Below are positions 1-13,400 of a stretch of DNA of 64,000 nucleotides, in pieces (position 1 is the stretch's first letter; every line of letters starts with the position of its first letter). The notes below the pieces were generated by a model. It was given only the letters and a program-made list of their open reading frames with translations, made no database searches and was not told the origin of the DNA. This DNA comes from a virus, in IMG/VR virus record IMGVR_UViG_3300026118_000001, positions 25,727-89,726 of that record; one strand, 5' to 3'. Made by a program: the position numbers and the translations under genes.

Positions 1-1196
1 AAGCTTTACATGATTTAGGTTATTTACCTATTGAAATTAAAGCTTTAGAAGAAGGAACTATCATACAAGCAGGTATTCCATTATTTACAATTAAAAATAC
101 ATTACCAGAGTTTTTCTGGGTAACAAATTATTTGGAAACTTTAATTTCTACTTTAATTTGGAAACCAGTTCATTCAGCAAGTTTAGCTTATGGTTATAAA
201 AAACTATTAACTAAATATGCTTTAGAAACTGATAAAGATAATATAGGGTTTGTTGATTTTCAAGGTCATGATTTTAGCTTTAGAGGAATGCAATCTCCTG
301 AATCAGCAATTAGTTCAGCAATGGGCTTTTTAACTAGTTTTAAAGGTACAGATACAGTTCCAGCATTACAAGCTTTAAGTTATTATTATAAAGAAAATAA
401 TACAGCTTTTAGTGTTCCAGCTAGTGAACATTCAGTAATGTGTTCTCATGGTAAAGAGGGAGAGATAAATACATTAGAATATTTAATGGATCAATATCCA
501 AAAGGTATTTTAAGTGTTGTTTCTGATACTTGGGATTTGTGGAAACTTTTAACTGAATATTTACCTAAATTGAAAGATAGAATTATGTCTAGAGATGGTA
601 AATTAGTAATTAGACCTGATTCTGGAGATCCTGTTGATATTATTTGTGGAATTAATACAAGAAAAGATCCTGATAATAGATATGGTAAATTAAAAGACAC
701 ACCTGAATATAAAGGTGTAATTGAATTACTTTGGGATATTTTTGGTGGAACTATAAATGAACAAAGATATAAAGTCTTAGATAGTCATATAGGAGCTATT
801 TATGGTGATTCAATTACTTTAGAGAGGGCTCAACAGATTTGTGAAAGACTTAAAGCTAAAGGATTTGCTAGTACTAACATTGTTTTAGGTATTGGTAGTT
901 ATTCAATGGGATATGCAACTAGAGATAATCAAGGAGGAGCTGTTAAGTCTACTTATGTAGAAGTTAATGGTGAAGCTAGAGAAATCTTTAAAGATCCAAT
1001 AACTGATGATGGGACTAAAAAGTCTGCTAAAGGCTTGTTGAGAGTAAATATGAACGGTGATTATTCTTTATATTTAAAAGATCAATGTTCTTGGAAAGAA
1101 GAAGTTGGTGGTGGATTAACTACTATTTATAAAGATGGAGTATTAATCAAAGAAGTTACTTTATCTGAAATAAGAGAAAGAATAATAAAAGGTTGA
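1..1196 (+). CDS. nadV: Nicotinamide phosphoribosyltransferase (NAMPT), 5'-truncated by window edge
   Basis: Frame is open from base 3 (ALHDLGYLPIEIKALEEG...). Motifs HDFSFRG, SVPASEHSVM, SVVSDTWD, VIRPDSGDP, IYGDSIT and KKSAKG are typical of NAMPT. Confidence 0.93.
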   Translation, partial: ALHDLGYLPIEIKALEEGTIIQAGIPLFTIKNTLPEFFWVTNYLETLISTLIWKPVHSASLAYGYKKLLTKYALETDKDNIGFVDFQGHDFSFRGMQSPESAISSAMGFLTSFKGTDTVPALQALSYYYKENNTAFSVPASEHSVMCSHGKEGEINTLEYLMDQYPKGILSVVSDTWDLWKLLTEYLPKLKDRIMSRDGKLVIRPDSGDPVDIICGINTRKDPDNRYGKLKDTPEYKGVIELLWDIFGGTINEQRYKVLDSHIGAIYGDSITLERAQQICERLKAKGFASTNIVLGIGSYSMGYATRDNQGGAVKSTYVEVNGEAREIFKDPITDDGTKKSAKGLLRVNMNGDYSLYLKDQCSWKEEVGGGLTTIYKDGVLIKEVTLSEIRERIIKG

Positions 1197-1214
1197 TAAA
1201 GTGAAGTTGAAATT

Positions 1215-1254
1215 AATACACTCTCTAGTTTATGGTGCTAGAGAGTGTATTTTT
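1215..1254. terminator. Probable bidirectional intrinsic terminator between convergent genes
   Basis: AATACACTCTCTAG / CTAGAGAGTGTATT inverted repeat followed by a T run, between NAMPT (+) and HNH (-). Confidence 0.8.
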
Positions 1255-1807
1255 ATTTGTTTAAATATTCTATTGCTTTTAATAATATGTTTTTATTTTC
1301 TCTTAATAATCCTATTCCAGTATTACAAGCCTGACATAATAATCCTCTTACTTTAAGAGTCTTATGACAATGATCTATTGATAATTCTTTTTCTTGGCTT
1401 TCTGGATTCTCACATATAGCACAACATCCTTTTTGAATGGAAAGAAATTTATTATATTGTTCTTCTGTTATTTTAAATTTTCTTAATTTATATTTAAGTC
1501 CTAAACATTTTCTACAGCGAGCTTTATATTTTTCTTTTTCTTTTGAAAACTCTTCTTTTGATTTAATCAAATTACAGTTTGTACATAGTTTAGTACCATT
1601 TTTATATTCAATTGATTTTAATTGATATGTTCCTTTTTTACCTTTATATGGAGTTCCATATTTTTTAATAGCTAAACAATTTTTACAAAATCCATCTAAC
1701 CCACATTTGTATAAAATATTTTTGCTGAATTCTGAAATTTCTTTATTTTCATTACATCTTATACAAAGTTTTTTGTTGTCTATTATTGATAATGATTTTC
1801 TTCCCAT
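1253..1807 (-). CDS. HNH (endonuclease VII-type) homing endonuclease with two N-terminal Cys4 zinc-finger repeats
   Basis: CCAIC...LSIDHCHKTLKVRGLLCQACNTGIG; repeats KLCIRC..K...EFSK..CKNC and KLCTNC..K...EFSK..CRKC. Confidence 0.85.
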   Translation of the reverse strand: MGRKSLSIIDNKKLCIRCNENKEISEFSKNILYKCGLDGFCKNCLAIKKYGTPYKGKKGTYQLKSIEYKNGTKLCTNCNLIKSKEEFSKEKEKYKARCRKCLGLKYKLRKFKITEEQYNKFLSIQKGCCAICENPESQEKELSIDHCHKTLKVRGLLCQACNTGIGLLRENKNILLKAIEYLNK

Positions 1808-4428
1808 TAATGTAATTCCTCCAATTGATTATCTGACAATACTCTTAACATATCATATATAGGTTTAACTAATGGAGTTACATCAGATAGTTCTTTTAAT
1901 ATTCTATTTTGACCTTTATGAGATCCTTTTTTAATTGTATAATCTCCTGTATATAATACTTTAGGAACTATTGTTGTAGCTTGAATAATATCTCCAATTG
2001 TTTTACTTAATGGAATTGCATTTTTAGCTAAATTATTAATTTGTGACGGAGAATAGAAGAATGTTAAATCTCCAGATGCTCTGTCTAATAAAGTTAATCC
2101 TACTTTAACTAATGGTAGTCTTCTAAACTTTTTATCTTCATCATCATCTCCACCATGTAAAGCTGCATAAAATAATATCATAGCAGAAGCTGTAATAATT
2201 TCAGCTACCATTCTACGCATATTATATATTTCAGTTTCAGTCATTTTACCTGATTCTAATAACTTCTTATAACCAAATAATGGTAATAGTAAATTTTCAA
2301 ATGCTTGTTGTGGATTTCTCCAATTTTTAATTACAAGTCTTCCGAATGTTAAATAAATACCTTCAACATCTGTTTGAAGTCTATTGTCCCATTGTGGTGT
2401 ACCTATTCTATTTTCAATTGCTGATGGAATCCATTTTCTAAATTGTGATACAAGTCTATAAACTACATTTTGTTGTGCAGCAGCAGCTTCTTTTTGTGTA
2501 TATCTACCATGAATTTTTTGATTAAGTCTTTGAATTTTATCAATTAACTGCTCTATTTCTTGTTCTGAGGCATTATTATATTTGTCTGTTAGCTCACCTT
2601 GTGAGGTCAAATATCCATCTTTAATCATAACTGCCATTCCAGTTCTTGATTGTAAGAATTTCTCACCAGCTTTTTGTAGAGAATACATATATTCTAATGC
2701 TTTCTCTGTTGAAAGTTTATTAGGTTTTCCAGTTTTAGATATTTTTTCAGCTATTTCATAATCATCTAATTCTTGTAGAAAGTTCATTCTAATAAGTAAT
2801 TTATTCATTACAGAATCTTTATCAAAGTTCTGTTTAAAGAATATATTACTAGCATCTTTTAAATTATTAACATTAAAATATCTTCCTCCAATACCTTCTA
2901 TTATATTACTTATATCACCAAATAACCAGTTAACTGTAGCACCAATTGGACTAAAACCTATTCTTAATAAAGAGTTATATCTTAACATTGTGTCAGCTAA
3001 ACCAACACCATCAATATATTTTTCAACTTTATTCCCATCTGCATCAAAAAAATCTTCAATTATATAATTTCCTTGGTCAGATTTCATTTTACCTTTAACC
3101 TGCATTTCAATTATATCATCAACAATTTTATAAATATTAGAATCTTCACCATTAATTGGTGTAGAAGGTTTAGAAGGATTGATGAATTTTCTTTTTTGAA
3201 TTTCTCCATCAACCATTTTAAACTTTAATTGCTCTTGTAGCACTCTAACTTGTGGAAGAATTTCAGACATTTGTCTATAATTTTCAGCAAATTTAGCAAA
3301 TTGAAATAATGATGTACCTAAATCATTTGATTTTTCAGATAGAGGAATTGGTTTATGATATTCCAATGGAACTATATCTAATAGATTTTCTTCTTCTATT
3401 GATCCTTTTAAAGTTCTAGTTTTAATTGGATTTAATCCTTTTAATTTAGATTTTAAATCAGATTTTCTAATATTAGGAACAAAATATTTACCTAATTTAA
3501 TAGGCATTCCATCTTCTGCTTCTTCAATAGTTTTCTGATAAAAATCATAAAATTCTTTTAACTCTTTTGTTTCTTGAATTTTAGTCCAATTTTTATTTTC
3601 TTCTCCATTTTGGAGATATTCTTTAGCTAATATTAATGTACCTTTATGTTCTTGAGTTAATATTGTATAAATATCATCAATAGTAGCCCCATTTTTTTTA
3701 GCATAATCATCTAATTTTGAAACTTGTTCTTGAATATTCTTTCCTAATTCCTTGGTTTTAGTTTCAACTTTATTTTGTGTCTTTCTAATAATAGAACCAA
3801 TTGTAGAACCAATATAATTTGGTAGATCACTTAATGATCCAGTCCATCTTTTAAATGTTCTAATATCTTCATCCTGTCTATTAATATCTTCTAATGTTGG
3901 AGCTATTTTAGTAGTAGAATGTTCTTTAACTTGTTCTACCATATTCTCATTATAAAAAGGAATAAGTCTATCAAATAAATCACTAGATTTGTCTCTTAAT
4001 CCTTTAAATTCTATCCAAGTACCAATAACTTCTAAAGCATGTTGAATATTCTTAGCTGTAGGTTCAAATTCTTTATTTTCTAAATCTTTAATAAAACTAT
4101 CTATTTTATCTAATGTATAATTACCTAATTCTAAATATACTTCTTTAGATTTATCTAATAGTTTAGCTTCTTGTGATTTAGAAGTTAAATATTCTAATTC
4201 TTCTAACTTAGCTGAATATTTAGGGTCTTTCTCTTTAAGTTGTTTTAATTCTCCTTCAAGTCTTTTAATTCTCCTGTCTACATATATTTTCTGTGTAGAA
4301 TATATTGGAGATTTGATTTCTTCTTGAGTTTGTTTATACCAAGCAGCATTAGCTAATACTTCACTTCCAAGTTCTTCTACAAGTTTTTTATAAGAAGGAT
4401 CTGATTTATTTGGGCACTGTAAAGCCAT
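1807..4428 (-). CDS. Large virion cargo/ejection protein (crAss-like)
   Basis: 873 aa, directly downstream of the virion RNAP; hydrophobic stretch near C-terminus (IITASAMILFYAAL); position typical of crAss-like ejected proteins. Confidence 0.6.
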   Translation of the reverse strand: MALQCPNKSDPSYKKLVEELGSEVLANAAWYKQTQEEIKSPIYSTQKIYVDRRIKRLEGELKQLKEKDPKYSAKLEELEYLTSKSQEAKLLDKSKEVYLELGNYTLDKIDSFIKDLENKEFEPTAKNIQHALEVIGTWIEFKGLRDKSSDLFDRLIPFYNENMVEQVKEHSTTKIAPTLEDINRQDEDIRTFKRWTGSLSDLPNYIGSTIGSIIRKTQNKVETKTKELGKNIQEQVSKLDDYAKKNGATIDDIYTILTQEHKGTLILAKEYLQNGEENKNWTKIQETKELKEFYDFYQKTIEEAEDGMPIKLGKYFVPNIRKSDLKSKLKGLNPIKTRTLKGSIEEENLLDIVPLEYHKPIPLSEKSNDLGTSLFQFAKFAENYRQMSEILPQVRVLQEQLKFKMVDGEIQKRKFINPSKPSTPINGEDSNIYKIVDDIIEMQVKGKMKSDQGNYIIEDFFDADGNKVEKYIDGVGLADTMLRYNSLLRIGFSPIGATVNWLFGDISNIIEGIGGRYFNVNNLKDASNIFFKQNFDKDSVMNKLLIRMNFLQELDDYEIAEKISKTGKPNKLSTEKALEYMYSLQKAGEKFLQSRTGMAVMIKDGYLTSQGELTDKYNNASEQEIEQLIDKIQRLNQKIHGRYTQKEAAAAQQNVVYRLVSQFRKWIPSAIENRIGTPQWDNRLQTDVEGIYLTFGRLVIKNWRNPQQAFENLLLPLFGYKKLLESGKMTETEIYNMRRMVAEIITASAMILFYAALHGGDDDEDKKFRRLPLVKVGLTLLDRASGDLTFFYSPSQINNLAKNAIPLSKTIGDIIQATTIVPKVLYTGDYTIKKGSHKGQNRILKELSDVTPLVKPIYDMLRVLSDNQLEELH

Positions 4429-4429
4429 A

Positions 4430-7400
4430 TTATTTACACTTTTTTTCTATTAATTTTCCTAAACTTTCATCATCATGAACTTCATTAAGTTCTTTTAAAA
4501 GTTCTTCTTTTAATTGTGGTTGAAATTCAAATAAAAATTCAATATCTGATTTTAGTTCATTGTATTGTTCTTTTGATAATTCAAATTTCTCTCCAATATT
4601 AGTTATTTTCTCTTGTATTGGCAACTTATTTTCTTCTTTATTTATTTCATTGGATAAATAGATATTTCTAGCTTCTTCATTCCAAATTCCATTAGTTTGA
4701 TTATAAGCATTAAACATTTTAATCATTTTAGATGATGTTAAAATAGCTACATTCTTATCATCTAATTTTTTAATAATATTCCATGCTTTTAATGCTCTTT
4801 CTCTAAATTGTTTAAATGACTCAGCTTTTGGATTTATTTTTTCTTCTTCATTAATTGGATTAGACCATAACTTTTCATCATATTCATTCTCTTTAACTTC
4901 ACCTTCCCAATTACCCATATTCATAGTTTTTAGATTTTCATCTGTATAATATGGAATATTTTGTTCTTTTTTAATAATTTCTGCTGTTTGAATCACTCTT
5001 TCAATTGGAGAAGTAATTAATGATGTAATTCCTTGTATTTTTAATTCTTTTCCTAAATTAGAAGCTTGTTCTTTTCCTTCTTTAGTGAGATTTGTATCAG
5101 ATTGTCCATTAATCACATCTTTAGATGAGGGAACATCTTCTCCATGTTCAAATACTATTAAATTACCAACTTTTACTGGTTCTACTTTTGGTGATATGTT
5201 TTCTATAGTTATTTTTAATGGAGTTGTAATAGGAATATATTTAACATTAAATCCTTTTGTAGCTTTATTTACATCATAGTCTTTACCATACATTCCATTA
5301 CCCAAAGCAGAAAGTTGTAGATTTTTAAATATAGTTGGTACAATTTTATTGTTATTTCTAATAAATAGTTCATTAAATTTTGGTAGTATTTCTGCCCCAT
5401 TTTTTTTATTAAATTCTTCAAATGAGTCTTTAACTAATTGATTATAATATTCAAATGGAATAATTCCTAAATAAGTTATAGGAGAATTATTAAGTCCTGA
5501 TTGTAATATTCCAACATGAATTAATTCATTTCCTAATGATAAATTAGAATTCTTTAGTTCTCTAAATGCTTCTGTTAATTGATTAGATGTAAATGTATCT
5601 AATTTTTTAGTAAATATTTTAACATTGTCATAATTTAAAGCTGCTTTATCAATTAATGGAAATAATTCTTTAATTAGAATATTATTTCTTAATTGCTTTT
5701 CATCTTCATTTAAATTTTCTTCTTTTTTATTCTTTAATTCTAATAGTTTCTTAGCAACTGAATTTTCTCCTTCAAATAATCTCTTTCTAATAGCATTAAT
5801 ATTCTTATATCCATAGTTTTGAATTACAAAATTAATAAAATCATTTTCAATTAGATTAATCATTTTTAATTTCTCTTTTCTTGATGATTTAAATGGATTT
5901 TCTAATTCATTGGCAAGACCTAATATATTATTGATTATTTCTTCTTTTTGTGTGTCATAGAACTGTTTATATGAAGATATAGCAAATTCATCTTGTTGAA
6001 ATGATTTAATAAATGTCTTATTAATAATTTCATTAACACCATTAATAAAATTGGTTTTTTGTACTTTATTTATTTCTTCTAATTTAAGTCTTGAACTATT
6101 AATATTTTGACCTAATCCAGCAGTATCAGAATTAGTAACTCTAACAGCATCATTAAATAAACTAGCTTGTTCTTTATATTTTAAGAAATCATTAAATACT
6201 TGTAATTGAAATAATTCAAATTCTTTAGTAGATTGATTCTCAATTAATTTAAAATCTTTTAATTCTTTTAAAGAAAGTATTTTATTTTCAATATCCTTTT
6301 CAGAAACTAAATTAGAATATTTTTTCTTTATTTGTTTAGTTATTTCTGTATTTCTTTGATTCTTTCCTGTAGATTTTAAAAATATAGATTTATTCTTATT
6401 AATTTCTTCTATATAATCTAAAATAATAGGTTGAGTCATGAAATTAGCAATGTGTTCAAACGGAACTCCTAATTTATTCAAATATAAATAAATAGGAAGT
6501 GTATCCATAGTCATGTTTAAATAACTTACCATTGGAATTTCATCTTTAGCAGCATCCACAATAATATTAATTAACTGATTGTTAATTTCAGATATATTAT
6601 GATTATTTTCTGCGTCTTTTAAAGCTCCTAAATTAAAAACATCTCTAATTTCATTGTGAATTAAATTAATATTCACTTTAATTTCTTCTCCAGCAGCATT
6701 AATATAAGATTTATTAGCTGTTAGTCCAGATAATTGAGAAAGTGGCCCATAAGCATTAGCAATAGCAGATAAACCTACTTCATCTTTAGCAAGCCATAAT
6801 TTATATCTAGCATTTATTTTATTTTGTAATTTTAATAAGGCTGTATAATTAATCTTTTTATCTTTTGAATTTTGAGCTTCAAAATATTCTTCTTTAGTTA
6901 ATATTTTTTTAGGTTCTCTTCCTTTAGAAATTAATTCATTATTAGCTTCTGTTTTATCATTTAAATAATCAATATATTTAATATCATCAACTATTGGTGA
7001 TATAATACTTGTTGAATTGGGTGTTATTAGTGATATAAAGTTATGAGGATTAGAAATAAAATCTTTGATTACTTGTATTGTTTTATTATCAATATTATCT
7101 TCAATATAATTACCATTTTCATCTAAATTTGGTCTATAAGTATATAATTTGTCATTGTCAAAGTCAGATCCAGCTTTAGCAACTATATCAGGATGAACTA
7201 TCATAGTAGTAGCTGCATCTTCTGGTAGAAACTCTTTAATAGTTAAATATTCATTGGAATTCATTCCTTGTCCTGGAATACGACATCCAACTAATTCTAA
7301 TACTTTATTAGGTATATCTCCATTTTTAATAGCTTCATTAACTGCTTTTAAACTACCAAATTTCTTTAATAATGGATAATAACTTTCAGATAGAGGAATC

Positions 7401-10400
7401 ATTACTTCTGCTGGTAATGTATTTCCAGATGTATCTTTTGTATATCCTCTTAGAGCATTATTAGATCCAATAGGTCTATTTCCAAGTTTCTCCATTCCAG
7501 CCACTGTACCTAATACATAAGCATCTCCATTATATTTTTGTTTAATGAGTCTGGCATCAATAATAGACATTAATACAGAATCTAGTTTGGTTTTATTAAC
7601 CATACTATCAATATTGTATTTTAATACCTTTTTACCTTCTTTTTCTTCAATATCTAATGAATTAATTATGTTATCTGTTAATTTCCTATTTTCAGAATAT
7701 TCTACTAACATATCAACCAATTTAGTAACATCTTCAGCTACATATGTATCAGGATTAATACCTAATTCTTTAATTAGCTTATCTTTTTCTATTTTAGTTT
7801 TTTCTTCAATTAAGTTAGAGAAAGTTGATAATAGTTTTTCTGCTCCTTCAAATGTTTCTTTACCATTTTCAAAAGCATTAATTAACATTGTTTTTCTAAA
7901 CTGTGTAGAAAATATATATTTATCTTTTGGTGGTGAAGGTTTAACTTGTAGTCCTAAATAATTATAAGATATTGATTGTATAACTAAATCTGCATTATTA
8001 ATTTCTCCATGATTATTATTTGTATAAAATGGATTTGCTTTACCATCTTTATTAAGAATAGTTCCAAATTTACTTGCTGATTTGAATAATGCAATACCTG
8101 ATTTATTAGATTTCATGTTCTCTAATAATTTAGATAGATTCTTTCCAGCTACCATTTGAGGAATCAAAGGCATTATAGTAAATTTATAACCTCCAGGAAC
8201 AAATAATTGCTGTGTACTTCCATGATTAATTGGTCCAGCATATTGTAGTTTAAGAGTTTGAAAATAAGTTAATTCATCTTTAGTTAATAATTTCCCCTCT
8301 ATTAAATTTCCTTCATTATCAAATTTTTGTTTTTGAATTATTTGATAAGCATTTTCCATTTTATTAGTCCAAGTACCAACTCTATTATGAAACTCTCTAA
8401 TAAAATCTAAAGATCCCCATCCTTGAGCATCTCCTTCATCTGCTTTACCATAAGCTGAAATCCCTTTAAATTCTTCAGATTCAGTTTTCTCATAACCTAA
8501 TATATTATATGCTGCTTCTTCTGAAACTCCAGATTTAATATAAGTATCAACTAATTCTTTAATATCTTTGGTTGTAGTTACATCATTATAAACTATTGAA
8601 TTTTCATTTCCATCAGCTAGTTTATTATCAGATCTAATAAAATTCTTATTTAAGAAATCATTAGTTTCTTCATCTACTCTAGGAATTAGTTTGGTTCCTG
8701 CAAACATCGCAGTTCTTTTATATAAATCCTTATAGAAAGCTAAATTTCCAATAAATAATTTAGTTTGTTCTATTGAATTTATAAAATCTGTAACAACTAT
8801 TGCTCTGATTAATTGTTCTTTTGGGTATTTATCTGTATATTCTTTTGGAATACCAAATTCATTTATATTATTTTCTTTTAATGAATTATTTAATTGTCTT
8901 GAATAAGATTCAAAGAAATCAATAACTAATTTATCTAAATCAGGTAATAGAGAATTTACTAATTCATCTAATTCTTCTTTAGATTCATTATATTTAACTT
9001 CCTTAAATTTTAAATCATCTAATTTAGATTTTAATATCTCTTTAATATTTACTTTACTAGATTTTAATAATATTTCATTAAATATAGTAAAATCACTACC
9101 ATTTTTAGAATATCCATCTACATTAGTGCCAATACCATCTAATTTGAATAAAGCAATTCCTTTAAATTCTGATTTAAAATAACCTCTAAATATTTCTTTT
9201 AATTTAATAGTATTAAATCCAGATTTTAATAATTCTATTGATACTGGAAGCTTATTACTAAGTCCTAATACAAATTCTTGTGATTTATCTGCTGATACAA
9301 TATAATTAGATTTGCCATTTAATATAGAAGCTATATTTTGAGTGAATAAATCTCCTTTAGTACCTTTTCTTGTAGATATTTTACTAACATCTTCTGATTC
9401 TTTAGAAGAAGCTACACCATCATGTAATTCTAAATTAAGTTTAATATTTTTATTTCTAAGTCCTGTTTTTGGATTGAATAATTCATTTAACCAAAATGAG
9501 TTTTCTGCTCCAACAGTATTTAAATGTGGAAGTTTTAAAAATAATTCTTCAATAGAATTAACATTATTAATTATATTTGTAGTGATTGATAAAGCATTAT
9601 TATCACTAACAGAATAAACTGTCTTACCTTCTGTAGACATATAACTTAGTTCATTAACTAAACTAGTATTATTAGCTTCTAAAGTTAATAGATAATTAAT
9701 TCTACCTGCTATACCATCTTCTTCTTTTCCAGAATTATATAAATTAGTAACATCCCCATTTTTTTTATCAATATATATCTTTATAGCAGCAACACTATCA
9801 TTTAGATCATTTAGATTAAAATCTTTATCATTAATAATCTTTTGTGTGTTTTTATCAAATATAATACCTAATTTATCTAAAAAAACAAATGGATCTTTTT
9901 CATTAATTACATCTTTATTTATAATTAATTTTCCTTTCTCATCTTGTTTAGTGTGTAATAATAAATTAGCTTCCCAAATAGTTTTTACTTTTTCAGCTTC
10001 ATTTTGTCTATTAGTATCAACAGGAATTATATTACCATTTGGTTCATATATAGTTACAATAGCATTATATCTATTTTTGTTAAAATCTTGTGTAAATTGA
10101 GTTTGAAATCTAAATTGTTCCACACTAATATCACTAGATGGTGCTCCAAGTCTATCAATTAATTCTTGAAATTCAGGTTTAAATTCAATTAAAGACTCTA
10201 TTTTATTATAAATATCAGAATAATTGTTTCCTGTTCCAGCTAAATTCTTCAATAAATAATTATATGTAGAAGTGAAATCAACTGGAATAGAAAATCCTAG
10301 ATCATTAGTGATATTAACTTGTTTTAAACTTCTAATTAATAGTCTTACGGGACTACTAATAGATTCTAGTGTAGAAGTTAAATTCCCTTCAGAATAATCT

Positions 10401-13400
10401 CCCTTACTAGAATGTTCATCTAATTGTTCATCTTTTGATAATTCTTCATCCTCATTTTTAATTTCTTCAATATTATTTTCTATTTTAGTAACTATCTCAA
10501 CACCATTGATGTTAATTCTAGTTTTCCACATATTAATAATATCATCCCAATTTTCTAATATGTATTCATAATCTTTTATTTGTTTCTCATCAACAGAATT
10601 TTGATATTTATCATCTATAATATCATGTATTTTATCTGTTATTTTATTTACATGACTATTTGCAATAACAGGAGTTCTCCCATTATCAAATATATAATCA
10701 AAAAATAAAATATCTATTCCATCTAAAACATCTTTAACAAATTTAGTGCCTTTTTCATTAGTTATTCTTTTTGTGTTCTCATCCCTGTTAAGTGATGAGA
10801 ATTCTTTTGTATTAACTAATTTCTTATTTGTATAATAGCCTTTATCAAGTCTTTCATATACTTGTTGAATATTTGTACTGCTAATACCTAATAAGTCTTT
10901 TAAAAAGCTTAAAATACGTCTAAAAATAGTATTTCTTTGTGGAGAGTTATTTAATACTTTACCTCCTAGTTTATAACTAACAAAATCTTCTGCTAATATT
11001 TCTTCTAATTCTTTTCTAGATTTATTTGAATATTTTTTAGAAGCCTCATTATATAGTTTATCTATTTCTTCTTTAGTAAGATATAATTGTGTTATAACAT
11101 GGAATGCTTCATGATGAAGAGTTCCAATAGTAGCTTCATCTGATAATAATACTTCACCAGATGATAGAAATTGACCTAAAGATTTTTGTTCAATTAATCC
11201 TTGAATAAAATTAATAGGAATATTAGGAAATCTCTCTTTAAACCAATTAATTTCTTCTTGAGATAATTTGTTTCTATCTTGATTTCTTTTTTTAAGTCTA
11301 TCTAATACTTTGTCACCACTTCTTTTTTTAAACTCTTTTTTAATTGGTTTAATTTCTTCTGTAATAATTGGAGATGTATTATCTTCTATTCTTTCAGAAG
11401 TTTCTAAATCAACTTTTTCTTTTAATTTATTTTCAATTAATTTATTATCATAAATAAAATAAGATTGAATAAATCTTCTATTTGGTCTTCCATTTAAATC
11501 AACTATTGGTTTTAAATCAGTTCCAAACATAGGAACTTCTCCTGATAATAAATATTCATTATAGTGCACATTTTCACCTCTACCATTAATATCTGGTTTA
11601 GTGAAGGATTCTCCCTTAATATATTTATTATTAACATTAACCTTTTTAGTTAATAAGAAATCAATAATTTTAGATCTATTTGATTCTATTTCTTCTTTAG
11701 TTAGTTCGTTATTATCAAATACAAGTCTTCCATCAGAATTGATATAAATATCTGAAGGTTTATTAGACTTAAAGAATGTAGTTATTTTCTTAATTTCATC
11801 TATTGGATCAAAATCTAAATCTTTTTCTTTAGTATTTAGTTTCTTATTAATTAAATCAATAATTAAACTAGCCTCATCTACATTAAGATTTCTTGGAATT
11901 AAATCAAATATTCTTCTATTACCATCTTTAGTATATAACTTTCCAGGCAACACTTTAATATTATTAAATATTAAATTAAATGTTGGAAGTGTTAATGGGA
12001 TTTCATCATATTTTATATTCTTGTCAAATATTCTTCCTAATAAATTATTAGATTGTCTTTCACCATTAATTTTATCTTCAAAAGCAGAATGAATAATGTT
12101 AGCATTTTCATCTGTTTCAATCATAAGTCCATTAGATTTACCTATAATTGGAAGATATTTAACATCATTATTTTTTAATAATAAGATTTCATCTCTTAAA
12201 GAATTTAAATCTTTAATTGCTTTCTCTTTAGCTTTTGATTTATCTTCTTTAGAAAGTCCTCTACCAATATCAATTTTATTATCAGAAATACGTTGAGCAG
12301 TTTCTAATGTAGATTGAATAAATTTATCCTCTTCTAATACTGGATTATTCTCTTTGTCAACTAATATAGTCCAAACTCCTTTAAAATCAGGATGTTTTTT
12401 CTCATATTCTTTAGCTGTAGGATCATTATCTAATATTTGAGAATATAATTCAGGATTTGTAGCTTTTGTTACTACTAATAATTTATGTTCATCTAAAACT
12501 ATTGTTTCTGTAGTTTTAAAATATCTATCTTCTGATGGTTTCTGTCCATTATCAATTCCTCCATTTGTTTTAAATGGTGTATTAGCTTTTCTACCAACAT
12601 CATTACTATCATCTAATATAAATTCTTTATTAATAAATAAAGGATCTTCATTAATAGTTGTAGGAGATTCTACATTAGAAATAATTGGTTCATTATCTAC
12701 TTTTGTTGATTGAGGAGTAGTTTGAAATTTTAATTCTTTTTCAATTTCTGCTTTATTATTCTCATAAAATTGTAAATCTTTTGGATCTGTAAGACTTTCA
12801 GTGTCCATTATTTTTTGAACAAAATCTTGAATTTCTTTAGAAGCTTTTGATTTAGAAATTAAGGGTTCATCAGTAACTTTTGGAAGTGGAATTTCTTCTA
12901 CAATATTTGATTCTTTAGATTCTTCTTCAGAAGTGTCAATAATATCATTAAGAGTTTTCTTTTGTGTTTTTGGATCTGCTAATAAGTTATAAGACTCAAT
13001 TAATTTGTCTTTATATAATTTAGCTAAATGTAAATCTTTATTTGCTTGATTAACTTGTTGAGCAACCATTGGATTACCATCAACAGTAAATGGAGATTCT
13101 GGTGTTCCTAATCCAGTGATTGTAGCATCATTTTCAGCAGCTATTTTATAAATATCACTATGAATTTGTTTAACTCTTTTATCAATATTACTTATTGATG
13201 TAGAATAATGCCATAAATTTGTTGTTAATGTATTATATTTTTCTGGAGATTCATAAACCTCTTGTTTATAAGGAAATAACTCATGAATAGAATTATTAGT
13301 TTTATCTAGAGTTTTAACTAATGAAATAGCATCATTAATTATTTGTTCTTTAGAATGCGGAAGAGGTTTTTCTATTGGATAACCAGCTACTTTTTTAAAT

